Under the pieces are notes generated by a model. The model was not told the origin of the DNA, did no database searches, and was given only the letters and a program-made list of their open reading frames with translations. The position numbers and the translations under genes are program-made. From a virus (lineage: Duplodnaviria > Caudoviricetes), in the IMG/VR virus record IMGVR_UViG_3300027898_000001: a stretch of DNA of 64,000 nucleotides, one strand, 5' to 3'. Positions 63,497-64,000 of the stretch are shown one piece after another (the stretch's first letter is position 1; every line of letters starts with the position of its first letter).

Positions 63497-64000
63497 ATGA
63501 AACAATTAAGTACAAAACAATTCACAGGTGATGTTGCTTTCAAAAAGCTAAACACTGGTTGTTATTGGGAATCTAACGTATTTGGACAATGGCGTGAATG
63601 TCTGCTAAAAGATGAAAGCGGTCTGCCATTCCCAGTAATAACTGCGAAACCTGAAGGTTACAATCGCAAAGCGTTCTTGCGTAAGTTAGATGATGTTTCA
63701 AAGAAAGCCAAAGCAGTAAAGACTAAAAAGCCTAATGTTCATCGGTGGGAAGAATCTGATGACGTTATTGGTGGAGCATTGTTGTACAAAGGTTGTACGT
63801 GGCCGAATGATTATCGTCAGTATATTGCTGATGGTGTTATTCCAAGTCGAGAGTTTTATAACCTCGTTACAGGTAAAGATTTAGATACATTGCCCAGTTA
63901 TGTGCAACACGATAGCAAGAAAGCTAATAGCAAGAAAACTGTTGCTGTTGCTCAATCTAAATCTACTCCTGCAAAGAAAGAAAAAGATTCAGGCAAGAAA
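63497..64000 (+). CDS. Hypothetical protein, runs off the window end
   Basis: SD GAGG; MKQLSTKQFTGD.. open to 64000. Confidence 0.6.
   Translation, partial: MKQLSTKQFTGDVAFKKLNTGCYWESNVFGQWRECLLKDESGLPFPVITAKPEGYNRKAFLRKLDDVSKKAKAVKTKKPNVHRWEESDDVIGGALLYKGCTWPNDYRQYIADGVIPSREFYNLVTGKDLDTLPSYVQHDSKKANSKKTVAVAQSKSTPAKKEKDSGKK

Noticed and set aside
1-64000. Stop-codon reassignment (alternative genetic code)
   Set aside because: Conserved enzymes are full length in code 11; TAA, TAG and TGA all end genes; no suppressor tRNA seen
1-64000. Eukaryotic giant virus or bacterial chromosome origin (suggested by histone-like, SNF2, dnaX, gyrAB, sqdB)
   Set aside because: SD sites, sigma70 promoters, a sigma factor and intrinsic terminators indicate a bacterial host; mostly unknown small ORFs and no housekeeping operons indicate a phage

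Overview
AT-rich 64-kb segment of a jumbo dsDNA bacteriophage. It is densely coding in standard code 11, with Shine-Dalgarno sites, intrinsic terminators and one tRNA. From memory, the gene set resembles Lu11/PaBG/RSL1/Y3-type jumbo myophages; this is unverified. Nucleotides 1-49.5k are almost all on the minus strand. They carry replication/recombination genes: SF2 helicase, beta-clamp-like protein, family A DNA polymerase with a UDG-like N-terminus and a mini-intein, DnaX, SbcCD, Cas4-like exonuclease and RuvC, with DnaG divergent on the plus strand. They also carry a 1917-aa SNF2 ATPase, a histone H1-like protein, a sigma70-family factor, and an overlapping operon sqdB - GT-A glycosyltransferase - ParB/Srx - GT-A glycosyltransferase. 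Coding strand switches at a ~1.1-kb non-coding region (49.5-50.65k) with mirror-image GNA mini-hairpin arms, short repeats and phased A-tracts, a candidate origin. Nucleotides 50.65-64k are on the plus strand: small early-type ORFs, tRNA(CAT, Ile2-like), gyrB/gyrA and a GNAT. The top candidate for a new system is UDP-sulfoquinovose synthase coupled to DNA-base-modifying-type glycosyltransferases, i.e. possible sulfosugar hypermodification of phage DNA. Other candidates are several unannotated structured RNAs, a TGTAAATA promoter class, a redox-dead thioredoxin beside the polymerase, and a shared phi-S-x-S-A protein motif. All assignments come from reading motifs by eye; no database searches were run.
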